Assembly: GCA_040901675.1 (NCBI GenBank)
Contig: JBBDYJ010000038.1
Coordinates: 160,001-224,000 of the forward strand
Length of the DNA: 64,000 bases
Reading direction: 5' to 3'
From: Pirellulales bacterium
Lineage (GTDB): Bacteria > Planctomycetota > Planctomycetia > Pirellulales > JAICIG01
Each line of letters opens with the position of its first letter. The first letter of the stretch is position 1. The notes beneath the pieces are model-generated. The model saw only the letters and a list, made by a program, of their open reading frames with translations. It ran no database searches and was not told where the DNA came from. Below are positions 1 through 9,910 of this stretch, in pieces. The translations under genes were made by a program, and so were the position numbers.

Positions 1-1251
1 GTCGGACGAGCCCAGCACGCGGCCGCCGCGAATGCCGGCCCCCGCCATGAGCACGGAGGAACAGTGGCCCCAGTGGTCGCGGCCTGCGGCGGCATTGATT
101 CGCGGCGTGCGGCCAAACTCGCCCATCATCAGCACGCATGTCTCGTCCAGCAGGCCGCGGCCTTCGAGATCTTCGAGCAAGGCCGACACGCCCTGATCGA
201 CCAGGGGCAGCAGCTCGTCCCTGAGCCCCTCGAAGTTCTTGGCGTGCGTGTCCCAGCCGTCGCAGCGGGTCATGTGGTTGAAGTGGACGGCGATCATCGG
301 CACGCCGGCCTCCGCTAGCCGCCGGGCCAAGAGCAGGCTTTGGCCGAAGCGGTGCTGACCGTACCGCTCGCGCAGGGCGGCCGGCTCGCGGTCGAGCGAG
401 TAGAGCTTGTCGCCGCCGGCCGAGCCGGTCATGTGCACCGCCATCTGGCGCAGCTCGCCGTAGTTCTGGCCGGCCACGGCGGGGAAGCGGCTCTCGATGG
501 CCGCCAGCAGTTGCTGCCGCCGCTCGAAACGCTGCCGCGTAACATCCTCGCGGAGCACCAGGTCGGGAACCGCGCCGGGCGCGCGCGGATCGCCGTTGAT
601 GATCAAGGGGTCGCAGTAGGGGCCGAGGAAGCCAGACCTGCCACCCCGCAACGGCACGGCGGGGCGGATGTTGTCGTCGTTGGAGCGCACGGCCAGCTCT
701 GGCAGGGCCACGAAGCCGGGCAAGGTCGGCGGAGCGGGTTTGAGATGGGCCAGCACCGAGCCGAGGTGCGGCGCATCGGTCCGCACCGGCGGGCTGATGT
801 CGTTGTCCACCTCCGGGGTCTGCACGTGCCGCCCGGTGAGCGTGTAGTAGATCATCGGCGTGTGATTGTTGTTCGGATGGGTGACCGAACGGACAATCGC
901 GTACTTGTCGGCCATGGCGGCCAACCGCGGCAAGTGCTCGCAAACCTGGAAGCCGGGGATGCTGGTCGAGATGGGCTGAAACGGCCCGCGGATTTCGGCC
1001 GGCGCCTCGGGCTTGAGATCGAACATATCCTGGTGCGGCGGCCCACCGAGCAGGTAGACCAGGATGCACGACTTGCCGCGCTTACGTCCAGCGGGCTGAG
1101 CCGGGTTGGCGCGGGCGCCACGCGGAGCAAACAGGCCGGTCAGCGGCGCCGCCGTCGCCAGGAGGCCGCCCAGCCGCAACACGTCGCGGCGAGAAACGCC
1201 GGCCGGCGGCAATCCGAAGCCGCTCGGGTCGCGACGCTTGAAATCGTGCAT
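1..1251 (-). CDS. DUF1501 domain-containing protein (3' end runs off the window)
   Basis: Minus-strand frame from ATG at 1251 reads SRRDVLRLG (Tat-like), then KSCILVYLLGGPPHQDMFDLKPEAP and GRTPRINAAAGRDHW, the Planctomycete DUF1501 motifs. Not in the ORF track because it has no stop inside the window. Confidence 0.9.
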   Translation of the reverse strand, partial: MHDFKRRDPSGFGLPPAGVSRRDVLRLGGLLATAAPLTGLFAPRGARANPAQPAGRKRGKSCILVYLLGGPPHQDMFDLKPEAPAEIRGPFQPISTSIPGFQVCEHLPRLAAMADKYAIVRSVTHPNNNHTPMIYYTLTGRHVQTPEVDNDISPPVRTDAPHLGSVLAHLKPAPPTLPGFVALPELAVRSNDDNIRPAVPLRGGRSGFLGPYCDPLIINGDPRAPGAVPDLVLREDVTRQRFERRQQLLAAIESRFPAVAGQNYGELRQMAVHMTGSAGGDKLYSLDREPAALRERYGQHRFGQSLLLARRLAEAGVPMIAVHFNHMTRCDGWDTHAKNFEGLRDELLPLVDQGVSALLEDLEGRGLLDETCVLMMGEFGRTPRINAAAGRDHWGHCSSVLMAGAGIRGGRVLGSSD

Positions 1252-1343
1252 GGCCGCTTGCTCCGGGCAGTTGACTAGCCCGCCGTCAGGTCGGCCTTAT
1301 TCTGGCAGGGTCGGCCGAAACGATCAAGCAGAGCCGTCTCACG

Positions 1344-1407
1344 TCCCGGACTTCGGACTTCGGCGAGCTCAGTCGAGTCGCGAGCTCAGTCGAGCCGCGC
1401 GCCGGGA
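1344..1407. repeat. REP-like micro-element with a self-nested second copy
   Basis: TCCCGG...CCGGGA inverted ends. A GACTTCGGCGAGCTCAGTCGAGCCG core is interrupted by a second 24-nt copy at 1356-1379. Confidence 0.8.
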
Positions 1408-1418
1408 TGAGGGCTACT

Positions 1419-2693
1419 TCACTCGAGGTCGACCGAGTCGAGCAGGAAGGAGCTACCTGCGGCCTTGCCGATCTGGGCGCTGCCGCCGGTGGATGGTGCC
1501 GACAAGGCGGCCCCGGGCGGCACTGTGGGCTGAGCCGTTCGCATGGCGCGCTGGTCGGCGATGGCGCGGGCCGCGTGCCGCAGCTCGGCCGGGCTCAACC
1601 GGCGCAGATTCGCCAGCTCGCCCAGCGGCTTCAGCGAATCGATCAGCCGCTGAAACGTCGGCTCGAGCAGCACAATCTCCGCCATCCAGCGCCGCATCGC
1701 GTCGAACGACTGCGAGGCCGCCACGAATTGCCGCTGCACGTCGGCGGACGTCTCCAGCGCTTCGATCGCTTCCACCAGGTCGCCCGTCTGGCCGATCACC
1801 TGGTCCTTGAGGCTCAAGAGACCGTCGAGCCGTGCCTGGGCCGATCCCACGTCCGAGGACTGGTCCTGGAGCCGGCTGCGCATCGTAACCAGCTCGTCCA
1901 ATGCCTCGCTAGCCTTTTGCCGGCTTGGCACATCGCTGCCGCAAAGGATGCCCTCTTCGAGCGCCAACAGATCGTCGCTCGCCCGGCGAGCTTCTTCGGT
2001 CTGTCCGGCCCTGGCGGCCAGCCGTTCGGCCAGCAGCGACCACTCGGCGACCACCTCGCCGGCCGCCTCCAGTTGCCCGCTTTGCGACAAGGCCCGATCC
2101 TTTAACTCGACCAGCGACTCGAGCGACTGCCGCGCATCCTGCACGTCCGAGGCTTGGGCCTGCGCGTGCTGGCTCAAGTGAATCATCGAGTCGATCGTTT
2201 CCCGCGCGGCCAGGATGCCGTTGTATTGCCGGGTGATGCGGCACTGGATCTCATCGAGCTGATCCAGGGCATCGGCCATGACCGGCTGCTCGCCCACCAA
2301 TTGATCCTGCAGGGCCTGGATCCGTGCGAGAGCCTCGGAGGCCGCTTCGGCCTCTTGACCCTGGCGTGCGAGAACGGCCAACAGCTCGGTCGATTTTGCG
2401 GCCTGTCCGGTCTGTCCGGCAAGTTGACTGATGCCGCGTGAGAGACCGGCCACTTGCCGGTCGAGCCGGGCCAGGTCGCTGGAGAGGGGTCGGGTGACGC
2501 CCCAATAAACGACGATGATTCCGCCGATGAACCCCGCGGCAAAAATGGCCCAGGGCGGGATGCGCGCCGGCAGTGATTCGCCTGGATTGGTGCGGGCGGC
2601 CAGACCGGTTGTGTCGGTTGTGCTCACGTGGTTCTCCTCCTGAGTGGCTGGAGCGATTTGCTGTTCCGCGGCAGGCTGCGGCGAAGCCCACAT
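1419..2693 (-). CDS. Membrane-anchored coiled-coil hypothetical protein
   Basis: One TM helix (WAIFAAGFIGGIIVVYW) followed by a long A/E/L/Q-rich helical region. Start uncertain. Confidence 0.75.
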   Translation of the reverse strand: MWASPQPAAEQQIAPATQEENHVSTTDTTGLAARTNPGESLPARIPPWAIFAAGFIGGIIVVYWGVTRPLSSDLARLDRQVAGLSRGISQLAGQTGQAAKSTELLAVLARQGQEAEAASEALARIQALQDQLVGEQPVMADALDQLDEIQCRITRQYNGILAARETIDSMIHLSQHAQAQASDVQDARQSLESLVELKDRALSQSGQLEAAGEVVAEWSLLAERLAARAGQTEEARRASDDLLALEEGILCGSDVPSRQKASEALDELVTMRSRLQDQSSDVGSAQARLDGLLSLKDQVIGQTGDLVEAIEALETSADVQRQFVAASQSFDAMRRWMAEIVLLEPTFQRLIDSLKPLGELANLRRLSPAELRHAARAIADQRAMRTAQPTVPPGAALSAPSTGGSAQIGKAAGSSFLLDSVDLE

Positions 2694-2908
2694 GTCCCGT
2701 TGTGGTATCGGAAAAGTCGCCGCCGTTTATCGAATCTTTGTGGAGCGCCGGATTTGAAGGCAGAAGGAGGGGAGAAGGGAGGAGGAAGGAGGAAGGCAGG
2801 CCTTGGTGCTTGCTCGTTGGGCCCCGAGCCCCTTATTCCGTGGAGAGCGGGTTGGTTTTACGTGGGAGCGAGGAAAGGTGCGAGAGCCATAACGTTCGGC
2901 CGAGCATC

Positions 2909-3280
2909 CTATGGTCCAGGGCGAGGTGGCAGCTTCCGTATGCGGTGTCGCCCTGGTTCGGCGACAACAAACGAGCTTTGCAACTCCTGCTCACTGTACA
3001 ACGTCAAGACCCGCCCAAGCTCGGCATGCACGGCATTCTGGGTCGAGGGCAAGATGCGGAGATAGATGACTCCTGGACCGATACCTTGGACGAAGACGAG
3101 TGCCCCGAAATCACGGTCGCGAGTCACAAAGAGGCGCGCCTGTTCATGAGCCACACGAAGCAACTCGGCATCTTCCGCCTGTGCCAGACCCAGTTGAGCG
3201 GCAGGCACAACGTCATGTCCTATGCTGCCGAGAAATGCGATAGTGCCGGCGTAGACATCTTGGTCAGCTAGAAACTTCAT
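2909..3280 (-). CDS. DUF5615 family PIN-like toxin
   Basis: MKFLADQDV...GHDVV...FVTRDRDFGAL motifs; 4-nt overlap with the DUF433 gene. Confidence 0.9.
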   Translation of the reverse strand: MKFLADQDVYAGTIAFLGSIGHDVVPAAQLGLAQAEDAELLRVAHEQARLFVTRDRDFGALVFVQGIGPGVIYLRILPSTQNAVHAELGRVLTLYSEQELQSSFVVAEPGRHRIRKLPPRPGP

Positions 3281-3507
3281 GGCGTCGTCGCGAGCCGGAT
3301 GTCTTCAGCAGCTACTACGTCAATGGCGTATTGGATGCAGGCGCGAATGTCCTCCGGCTCCAGGTCGGGGTAGTAATCCCGAATGATCTCGGCAAAGGAG
3401 AGGCCTTCGCGGACCAACTCCAGGACGCTCTGCACGGGAATTCGTGTCCCGGCCACGCACGGCTTCCCGAAGTGAATTCGTGGGTTCACGGCAATTCGCT
3501 CTTTCAT
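3277..3507 (-). CDS. DUF433 family antitoxin
   Basis: RIAVNPRIHFGKPCVAGTRIPV...YPDLEPEDIRACIQYA. Confidence 0.92.
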   Translation of the reverse strand: MKERIAVNPRIHFGKPCVAGTRIPVQSVLELVREGLSFAEIIRDYYPDLEPEDIRACIQYAIDVVAAEDIRLATTP

Positions 3508-3731
3508 GGTTCCTCCTTCCTACCGCAATCTTACGAACACCAAGCCTTACCAAGCATACGCGGAAGTGCCCACCGAAGGCGAGTGAGTTTCGTCAAGCTG
3601 GACATCACGGCACGCATGTCGCGGGGCAGCCCCTGGCGCGACACGCCGATCCTGCAGGCCAGGGGCGGCGAGGACCGGATAATCCGGATCACTACGAACT
3701 ACGGACCGCATGAATGCGGATCACACCGAAC

Positions 3732-4688
3732 CTAGTCGAGCGTGGCGAAGGCGCGGCGCATGGCGGTGGCGGTGGCGGCCACGGCTTCTTCAGTGGCCAG
3801 AGCGCGCAGCTCGGCGTTGAACGGCTCGGCGCGCACGGGACCGTCGTAGCCGATCTTCACCAGCGCACGCAGGAATGTGGCCACGTCGATGACGCCCGTG
3901 GCGACCGGCAACTCCCGCCTCGAATCGATCTGCTGGTCGATCGGTATGCCGGCCGGCGCGTCGTTCAGGTCGCAGGCCACTACGTCCTGCTTGGTCAACG
4001 TCAACAGGTCGGCTTCGCCTTCGCCGGCCGTGTACCAGTGCCAACTGTCGAGCACGAAGCCGACGTTGTCCATCTCGATCGCGGCGATCAGTTCCTTGGC
4101 TTCGGCCATGCAGTGGACAAAGGGATGCCGCGAGGCGGACCAGGATGTCTTGGGGCCGACATACTCCAGGCCGAACCGCTGGCCATGGTCGGCCAGCACC
4201 TTGGCGATGTCACGCAGCCGCCGGGCGTGCTGCTTGAAATTGGCCAGGTATGTCAACTCGCCGTGCGAAGGCCTCAGCCAGGTGCCGACGCGCGTCACAC
4301 CGGCCCGCTCCAGGGCCGCTGACGCATGCGGCAAAGCCTCGAGCCCCGCACGGAACGTGGCCTCGTCGACTCGGAAATCGACCGGCAGCCCGGCCGCTCC
4401 AAACACGAGCCCCTTTTGCTTCATCTCGGCCGCCAGGTCGGCCAGTTGGCTGTCGTCCCGCGTGGCGAGAAAGCCCGCGTCGGGACCAACCGACTCGAAC
4501 CCGTGCCGGTGCGCCAGGTCGATCGCTTCGACCTGGTTGGCCTTGACGCCGATCGCCCCGCAGGCCAGGTCGATCGTCATCTTGCGAGCCGAGGGGCCCT
4601 CGGCGGCCGGCGCCCGCCGGCTGATCGGGCAAGCACTCGCGGCGGCGGCTGCCAATGCCCCGTGCAAAAGTTGTCGGCGACTGATCAT
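3732..4688 (-). CDS. Sugar phosphate isomerase/epimerase (xylose isomerase-like TIM barrel), Tat-exported
   Basis: MISRRQLL Tat signal; GLEY, LDSWHW, DLNDA and GYDGPVRAEPF metal-binding motifs. Confidence 0.85.
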   Translation of the reverse strand: MISRRQLLHGALAAAAASACPISRRAPAAEGPSARKMTIDLACGAIGVKANQVEAIDLAHRHGFESVGPDAGFLATRDDSQLADLAAEMKQKGLVFGAAGLPVDFRVDEATFRAGLEALPHASAALERAGVTRVGTWLRPSHGELTYLANFKQHARRLRDIAKVLADHGQRFGLEYVGPKTSWSASRHPFVHCMAEAKELIAAIEMDNVGFVLDSWHWYTAGEGEADLLTLTKQDVVACDLNDAPAGIPIDQQIDSRRELPVATGVIDVATFLRALVKIGYDGPVRAEPFNAELRALATEEAVAATATAMRRAFATLD

Positions 4689-4805
4689 GGGCAGGCCTAG
4701 ACGAGGGAGAAACAGCAATCTTTTCGGCTTTCTTTGGTCAAGCGACAGTTAGTGTGCGCAGGCCGGCCTGCAAAGTCCAGCAAGAGAATCTGCCTGAAAG
4801 CGGCC

Positions 4806-4851
4806 TTGACGAGCCGGCAAAAGCGGCCTAGGATATTTTGAGTAGTCAAAA
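4806..4851 (+). promoter_or_regulatory. Sigma70-like promoter with adjacent DtxR/TroR-type operator
   Basis: TTGACG(4806)-N17-TAGGAT(4829), then palindrome TTTTGA-GTAG-TCAAAA (4836-4851), upstream of the metal ABC operon. Confidence 0.6.
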
Positions 4852-4969
4852 AGAATTTTTGAAGTGTGTGAAACATCTTGTCGAAGATTTTCATAGACGC
4901 GCATCACGCGCCAGAATTCTGGCGAATTCTGCTACCGAAGGGTTCCCGTAACCGAGGCCATCGCCTTTT

Positions 4970-5929
4970 ATGAAGAAGCTTGTTCCGTGTGTGGCCGCCG
5001 TGGCGTTGTTGGCTCTGGCCGGATGCAGCCCGGTGGCCGACGGGTCGAACCCGGCCGGATCGACGAAGGCGGAAAGACGAGCGTTTTCCGGCGCTTACCC
5101 GATCAAGGTCGTGGCCACAACGGGGATGGTGGCCGACCTGGTCCGGCACGTGGGAGGCGAGCACGTCGACGTCGTGCAATTGATGGGCGAAGGAGTCGAT
5201 CCGCATCTTTACCAGGCGACGACCGAGGACATCAGCCAGTTGAACAGGGCTGATATGATCTTCTATTCGGGCTTGCACCTGGAAGGGAAGATGGGCGACC
5301 TGTTCGTGCGGCTGGCCAGGAAGAAACCAACCACTTATGCCGTGACCGAAGGGATCGACGAGCAGCGACTGCTGGAGGTGAGCGGCGGGCTCTACGATCC
5401 GCACGTCTGGTTCGACGTGGCCCTGTGGAGCGAAACGCTGGGCGTTGTCGAACAGGCCCTGGCCGAGTTCGACTCAAAGCACGCCGCCGAATACAAGAAA
5501 AACACCGAGGCGTACCGGGCCGAGCTCCTGGCCCTGGACGCGGAGGTGAAAACCGAGTTGGCCCGGATTCCCGACAATCGCCGCGTATTGGTGACGGCCC
5601 ACGACGCTTTCCACTACTTCGGCCGGGCTTATACAATCGAAGTCAAAGCCATCCAGGGCATCAGCACCGACGCCGAGGCAAGCGTCAAGCAGATCAACGA
5701 ACTGGTCGGGGAGATTGTCGATCGGGGCATCAAGGCCGTCTTCGTGGAAACCAGCGTCAGCGAGCGCAACATCCGGGCGCTGGTCGAAGGCTGCCAGGCT
5801 CAAGGCCACCGGGTGACCATCGGCGGCGAGCTGTACTCGGACGCCATGGGCAAACCCGGCACGCCGGAAGGCACTTACGTGGGCATGGTGCGAAAGAACG
5901 TGGCGACGATCGCCAAGGCCCTCGAGTGA
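4970..5929 (+). CDS. troA: Mn/Zn/Fe ABC transporter substrate-binding lipoprotein
   Basis: Lipobox [27 protein letters not shown] and LYSDAMG motifs. Confidence 0.93.
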   Translation: MKKLVPCVAAVALLALAGCSPVADGSNPAGSTKAERRAFSGAYPIKVVATTGMVADLVRHVGGEHVDVVQLMGEGVDPHLYQATTEDISQLNRADMIFYSGLHLEGKMGDLFVRLARKKPTTYAVTEGIDEQRLLEVSGGLYDPHVWFDVALWSETLGVVEQALAEFDSKHAAEYKKNTEAYRAELLALDAEVKTELARIPDNRRVLVTAHDAFHYFGRAYTIEVKAIQGISTDAEASVKQINELVGEIVDRGIKAVFVETSVSERNIRALVEGCQAQGHRVTIGGELYSDAMGKPGTPEGTYVGMVRKNVATIAKALE

Positions 5930-6828
5930 TGATTCGATCGCAACAGGAAGCCATGCGTGCCGGTGCAGTGCAGCCAGCCATGGCCTCCGTCGAAGCGCCC
6001 CGGCCGGGTCCGGCCGCAAACCCCCAGGCGGCCGGCCAGCCGGCGGCTGCCATCCGGCCCGCGGCCGAGCCGGTGCTGGACGTACACGACGTGACGGTGG
6101 CATACCACCGCAAGCCGGTGCTGTGGGACGTGGATCTGACCATCGAACAGCCGGCCCTGATCGGGATTATCGGCCCCAATGGCGCCGGCAAGAGCACACT
6201 GCTCAAAGCCATCCTGGGACTGGTGCCGCTGGCCAGCGGCCAGGTCCGCATCTTCGGCAAGCCGCCCAGCGAGCAACGGCGGCTGATCGGGTACGTGCCG
6301 CAACGTGAGAGCGTCGATTGGGACTTTCCGGTCAGCGTGCTCGACGTGGTGCTGATGGGCACGTACGGCAGCCTGGGGTGGTTTCGCCGGCCGGGCCGCC
6401 GCGAGCGCGAGTGGGCACTGGACTGCCTGCGCCAGGTGGGGCTGGCCGACCTGGCGCGCCGGCAGATCGGGCAACTTTCGGGCGGCCAGCAGCAGCGCAC
6501 CTTCCTGGCCCGTGCGCTGGCGCAGCAGGCCGAGATCTATTTCATGGATGAGCCGATGGCCGGCGTCGACGCGACGACCGAGCACGTGGTCTTCTCGCTG
6601 TTGGAGCAACTGCGCGAGCAGGGCAAGACGATGCTGGTCGTCCACCACGATTTGCGCAGCGTGCCGCGGTACTTCGAACAGCTCGCCATGCTCAACATGC
6701 GGCTGGTGGCTTACGGCCCTACCGAGCAGGTATTCACGCCTGAAAACCTGCGCAAGGCTTACGGCGGACGGCTGACGATCCTGGACGAGGCAGCCGAAGC
6801 CGTGGCGGCTCGAGAACGCAGTGTATGA
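5929..6828 (+). CDS. troB: Metal ABC transporter ATP-binding protein
   Basis: [22 protein letters not shown] and VHHDL motifs; ATG overlaps the troA stop. Confidence 0.93.
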   Translation: MIRSQQEAMRAGAVQPAMASVEAPRPGPAANPQAAGQPAAAIRPAAEPVLDVHDVTVAYHRKPVLWDVDLTIEQPALIGIIGPNGAGKSTLLKAILGLVPLASGQVRIFGKPPSEQRRLIGYVPQRESVDWDFPVSVLDVVLMGTYGSLGWFRRPGRREREWALDCLRQVGLADLARRQIGQLSGGQQQRTFLARALAQQAEIYFMDEPMAGVDATTEHVVFSLLEQLREQGKTMLVVHHDLRSVPRYFEQLAMLNMRLVAYGPTEQVFTPENLRKAYGGRLTILDEAAEAVAARERSV

Positions 6829-8102
6829 TCGCCTACAACACCGCGATCGTGCTGCTGGGCACCAGCTTGTTGGGCGCCAGCGCCGGGCTGGTGGGCAGCT
6901 ATGCCGTGCTGCGGGGGCGCTCGCTGTTGGGCGATGCCCTGGCGCACGCGGCGCTGCCTGGCCTGTGCCTGGCTTTTCTGCTGGTCGGTGAACGCAGCCT
7001 GCCCGCCATGCTGGCCGGGGCACTGGTCTCAGGCGTGATCGGCGTGGCAGTGATCACGGTCCTGCGCCGATATACGCGGATCAAGGAAGACGCCGCCATC
7101 GGCATCGTGCTCAGCGTCTTCTTTGGCGCGGGCGTCGCTCTGAGCGGCTGGATTCAGCGGCAGACGACCACCGGCAGCAAGGCGGGCCTGGACCATTTTA
7201 TCCTGGGCCGCACCGCCGGGATGATCCGCCAGGACCTGTACCTGATCGCCGCGGTGGCGCTGGTCAGCCTGCTGGTGGTGCTGCTGTTGTACAAGGAGTT
7301 CAAGCTGGTCTCGTTCGACGTCGGCTTCGCCGGCGCGCAGGGGTGGCCGGCCTTGAAGCTCGATCTGCTGATGATGATTCTATTGGCGGTGACGGTAGTC
7401 ATCGGCTTGCCCGCCGTCGGCGTGGTGCTGATGGCGGCCATGCTGATCCTGCCCGCCGCGGCGGCCCGCTTTTGGACCGACCGGCTGAGCGCGATGCTGG
7501 CTCTCTCGGCACTGTTCGGGCTGGTGGCCGGCGCGGTGGGCACCTCGATCAGCGCCAATCGCGGCAACATGCCGGCCGGGCCGGTGATCGTGCTGTCGGG
7601 GACCGTCGTGTTCCTGATTTCGGTGCTGTTCGCGGCACGCAGGGGAGGGCTGGCGCGGTGGCTCCGCCGCATCCGCTTTCGCCGACGGCTCGCTGAGCAG
7701 ATGCTGCTGGAGTTGCTCTATGAGCTGGCCGAGCCGCAACGGCAGGGTCAATCGTTCTCCGTCGACGACGTGGCCGCCGCCGCCCGCTGGGACGCCCGGC
7801 AAGCCAGGCGATTGCTCGACTCGGCCGCCAGGAGGGGCTTGGTCGAGACCCAGGGCGAGGGGCAATACCGGCTGTCGGAAAAGGGGGCGTCGCGCGCCGC
7901 GGAGGTCGCCCGCGGCAGCCGCTTGTGGACCTTGTTTTTGCTGGAAAATGCACAACTGGCCGGCGCCTTCGAGGAGCTCGACGTCGAATCGGCCGACGAG
8001 GTGCTGCCGCCGCAGGTGATTGCCGACCTGGAGGCGAAGCTGCAGGCGGCGGGCCGGCTGCCGGCTCGGTGGCGATCCGAACCTGCCGGGGGCACGCCAT
8101 GA
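6825..8102 (+). CDS. troC: Metal ABC permease fused to a degenerate C-terminal DtxR-like domain
   Basis: [14 protein letters not shown] (ABC-3 family); C-terminal wHTH-like segment and [10 protein letters not shown]. Confidence 0.88.
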   Translation: MIAYNTAIVLLGTSLLGASAGLVGSYAVLRGRSLLGDALAHAALPGLCLAFLLVGERSLPAMLAGALVSGVIGVAVITVLRRYTRIKEDAAIGIVLSVFFGAGVALSGWIQRQTTTGSKAGLDHFILGRTAGMIRQDLYLIAAVALVSLLVVLLLYKEFKLVSFDVGFAGAQGWPALKLDLLMMILLAVTVVIGLPAVGVVLMAAMLILPAAAARFWTDRLSAMLALSALFGLVAGAVGTSISANRGNMPAGPVIVLSGTVVFLISVLFAARRGGLARWLRRIRFRRRLAEQMLLELLYELAEPQRQGQSFSVDDVAAAARWDARQARRLLDSAARRGLVETQGEGQYRLSEKGASRAAEVARGSRLWTLFLLENAQLAGAFEELDVESADEVLPPQVIADLEAKLQAAGRLPARWRSEPAGGTP

Positions 8103-9403
8103 ACTGGCCCGACTTGTCGCCTGAAGCCAGCATGGCCGCGTGGACCATTCTCGTGGGAGCGGTCTCCAATGCCGCCTGCGCGCTGATCGGTTGCTACCTG
8201 GTGCTGCGGCGGCTGAGCCTGCTGGGCGACGCCATCAGCCATGCCATCCTGCCGGGCATTGTGCTGGCCTTTCTTTTGACCGGGCAGATATCCTCGCTGC
8301 CGATGTTGCTGGGGGCGATGGCCGTCGGCATGTTGACCACGTTCCTCACTCACTTGCTGCACGATTTCGGCCAGGTGCCCGAGGACGCCAGCATGGGAGC
8401 GGTCTTCACCTCGCTGTTTGCCTTGGGAGTGATCCTGGTCACCAACTTCGTGTCGAGCGTTCACTTGGACGCCGATTGCGTGTTGTATGGCGACATCGTC
8501 AATGCCTCGCTCGATACGGTGCCGCTGGGCGCTTGGGAGGTGCCGCGCGTGCTGGGCATATTGACTATCTCGCTGGCCGGCGCGGCCGCGTTCGTGACGC
8601 TGTTCTGGAAAGAGCTCAAAATCGTTTCGTTCGACCCGCAGCTTGCCACCAGCATGGGATTGACGGCGGGCCTGGTGCATTACCTGCTGATGGGCGTGGT
8701 GGCCGGCGTCACGGTGGCCTCCTTCGAGGCGGTTGGCTCGATCCTGGTGGTCGCCATGTTGATCGTGCCCGCGGCCACGGCGCACCTGCTCACCGACCGC
8801 CTGGTGTGGATGATCGGCTGGGCCGTGCTGGTGGGAGTGGTCTCGTCCGTGCTCGGTTACCTGTCGGCCGCCTGGTTCAACACCAGCGTGGCGGGCATGA
8901 TGGCCGTGGCGGCCGGGGCGCAGTTCGGCCTGGCGGTTTTCCTGGCCCCCCGGCACGGCCTGGTGAGCAAGATGGCCCATCAGCTCGCTCTGACATTGCG
9001 AATCGCGGGCGAAGACCTGGTGGCCCGGCTCTATCGTCTCGAAGAGCGCCAGGCGCAACCGTATCCGGAGCCGTTGCCGCCGGCGCCCGACTCAGTGGCC
9101 GCGCCGCTGGTCCGCTGGCTGGCGATGCTGAGGCTGCGATGGCGGGGCGAAGTCCAGGCCAGGTTCAATGGCGAGCACCAGTTGACCGACCAGGGGCGCC
9201 GGACGGCCCAATCGCTGGTCCGTTCGCACCGGCTGTGGGAGTCGTTCCTGGGCGAGCATTTTCAACTGCCGCTGGACCATCTGCACGAGCCGGCCGAGCG
9301 GGTCGAGCACTTCATCGGCCCCGACCTGCAGGAGCGGTTGGCCACGCAGCTCGACCGCCCCGGAGTCGACCCGCACGGCAAGCAGATACCGCCCGAGGGG
9401 TGA
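8099..9403 (+). CDS. troD: Metal ABC permease fused to a DtxR-family metal-binding/dimerisation domain
   Basis: GDAISHAILPG; C-terminal RSHRLWESFL...HLHEPAERVEH...DPHGKQIP. Confidence 0.9.
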   Translation: MNWPDLSPEASMAAWTILVGAVSNAACALIGCYLVLRRLSLLGDAISHAILPGIVLAFLLTGQISSLPMLLGAMAVGMLTTFLTHLLHDFGQVPEDASMGAVFTSLFALGVILVTNFVSSVHLDADCVLYGDIVNASLDTVPLGAWEVPRVLGILTISLAGAAAFVTLFWKELKIVSFDPQLATSMGLTAGLVHYLLMGVVAGVTVASFEAVGSILVVAMLIVPAATAHLLTDRLVWMIGWAVLVGVVSSVLGYLSAAWFNTSVAGMMAVAAGAQFGLAVFLAPRHGLVSKMAHQLALTLRIAGEDLVARLYRLEERQAQPYPEPLPPAPDSVAAPLVRWLAMLRLRWRGEVQARFNGEHQLTDQGRRTAQSLVRSHRLWESFLGEHFQLPLDHLHEPAERVEHFIGPDLQERLATQLDRPGVDPHGKQIPPEG

Positions 9404-9410
9404 AAGCGGC
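9378..9410 (+). repeat. 33-bp direct repeat covering the troD stop codon, left copy
   Basis: GCAAGCAGATACCGCCCGAGGGGTGAAAGCGGC is identical to 14107-14139. Confidence 0.9.
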
Positions 9411-9424
9411 TTGTCCGCGTCGCC

Positions 9425-9700
9425 GCGTCCCACCGTCCGAGCTGCGTCTCCATCCAGGTCGAGTCGGCGTTCTGCACCAGCTTGTTCTGGGCCGCCGGAC
9501 TTCGGCGAGCTCAGTCGAGCCGCCGGGGCCGTGTAGACGCCCGAAGCGTCTTTGTTGGAGTAGGTGAACGAAGCGCCGGTTCCCTTGTGGACCACGGCCG
9601 TGGTGCTGTTGACCACGATCGCCCGCTGCCGGTAGGTCATGCTCCAGTTGGCGCCGAACTCTCCGGTGGCCATCTGGCTCAAGACGTTGTAAGTGAAGTC
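9425..9700 (-). pseudogene. RHS/YD-repeat N-terminal (DUF6531-like) fragment, frameshifted by a 25-bp insertion
   Basis: FTYN...GEFGANWSMTY...GVYTAP...NKLVQNADSTW; paralog at 12545-12798. Confidence 0.65.
9498..9522. repeat. 25-bp micro-element GACTTCGGCGAGCTCAGTCGAGCCG
   Basis: Absent from the paralogous site near 12620. Confidence 0.85.
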
Positions 9701-9910
9701 AGTGTTCGTGAAAAAGATGGCTGTCTTAATGTCTGTCTTATTTCCATTTTTCACCGGCGATTTCGCTGCGTCCCTGTCTTCCCTGCGTTGCGAGAGCCCT
9801 GAAAAGTAGAATGTCCAATAGAATGTCCCCTTTGCACGCCCTGCACGCCGCGTCGACTTCGGCGAGCGGCGAGCCAGCCGACATAGTCCCTGAGGTGGTA
9901 TACTTGGCGC

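Noticed and set aside
5425..5928. Long N-terminal extensions in the ORF track (troB, troD, mtnA, rpiB, leuS)
   Set aside because: They overlap neighbouring genes or repeats; downstream starts fit the family N-termini better.
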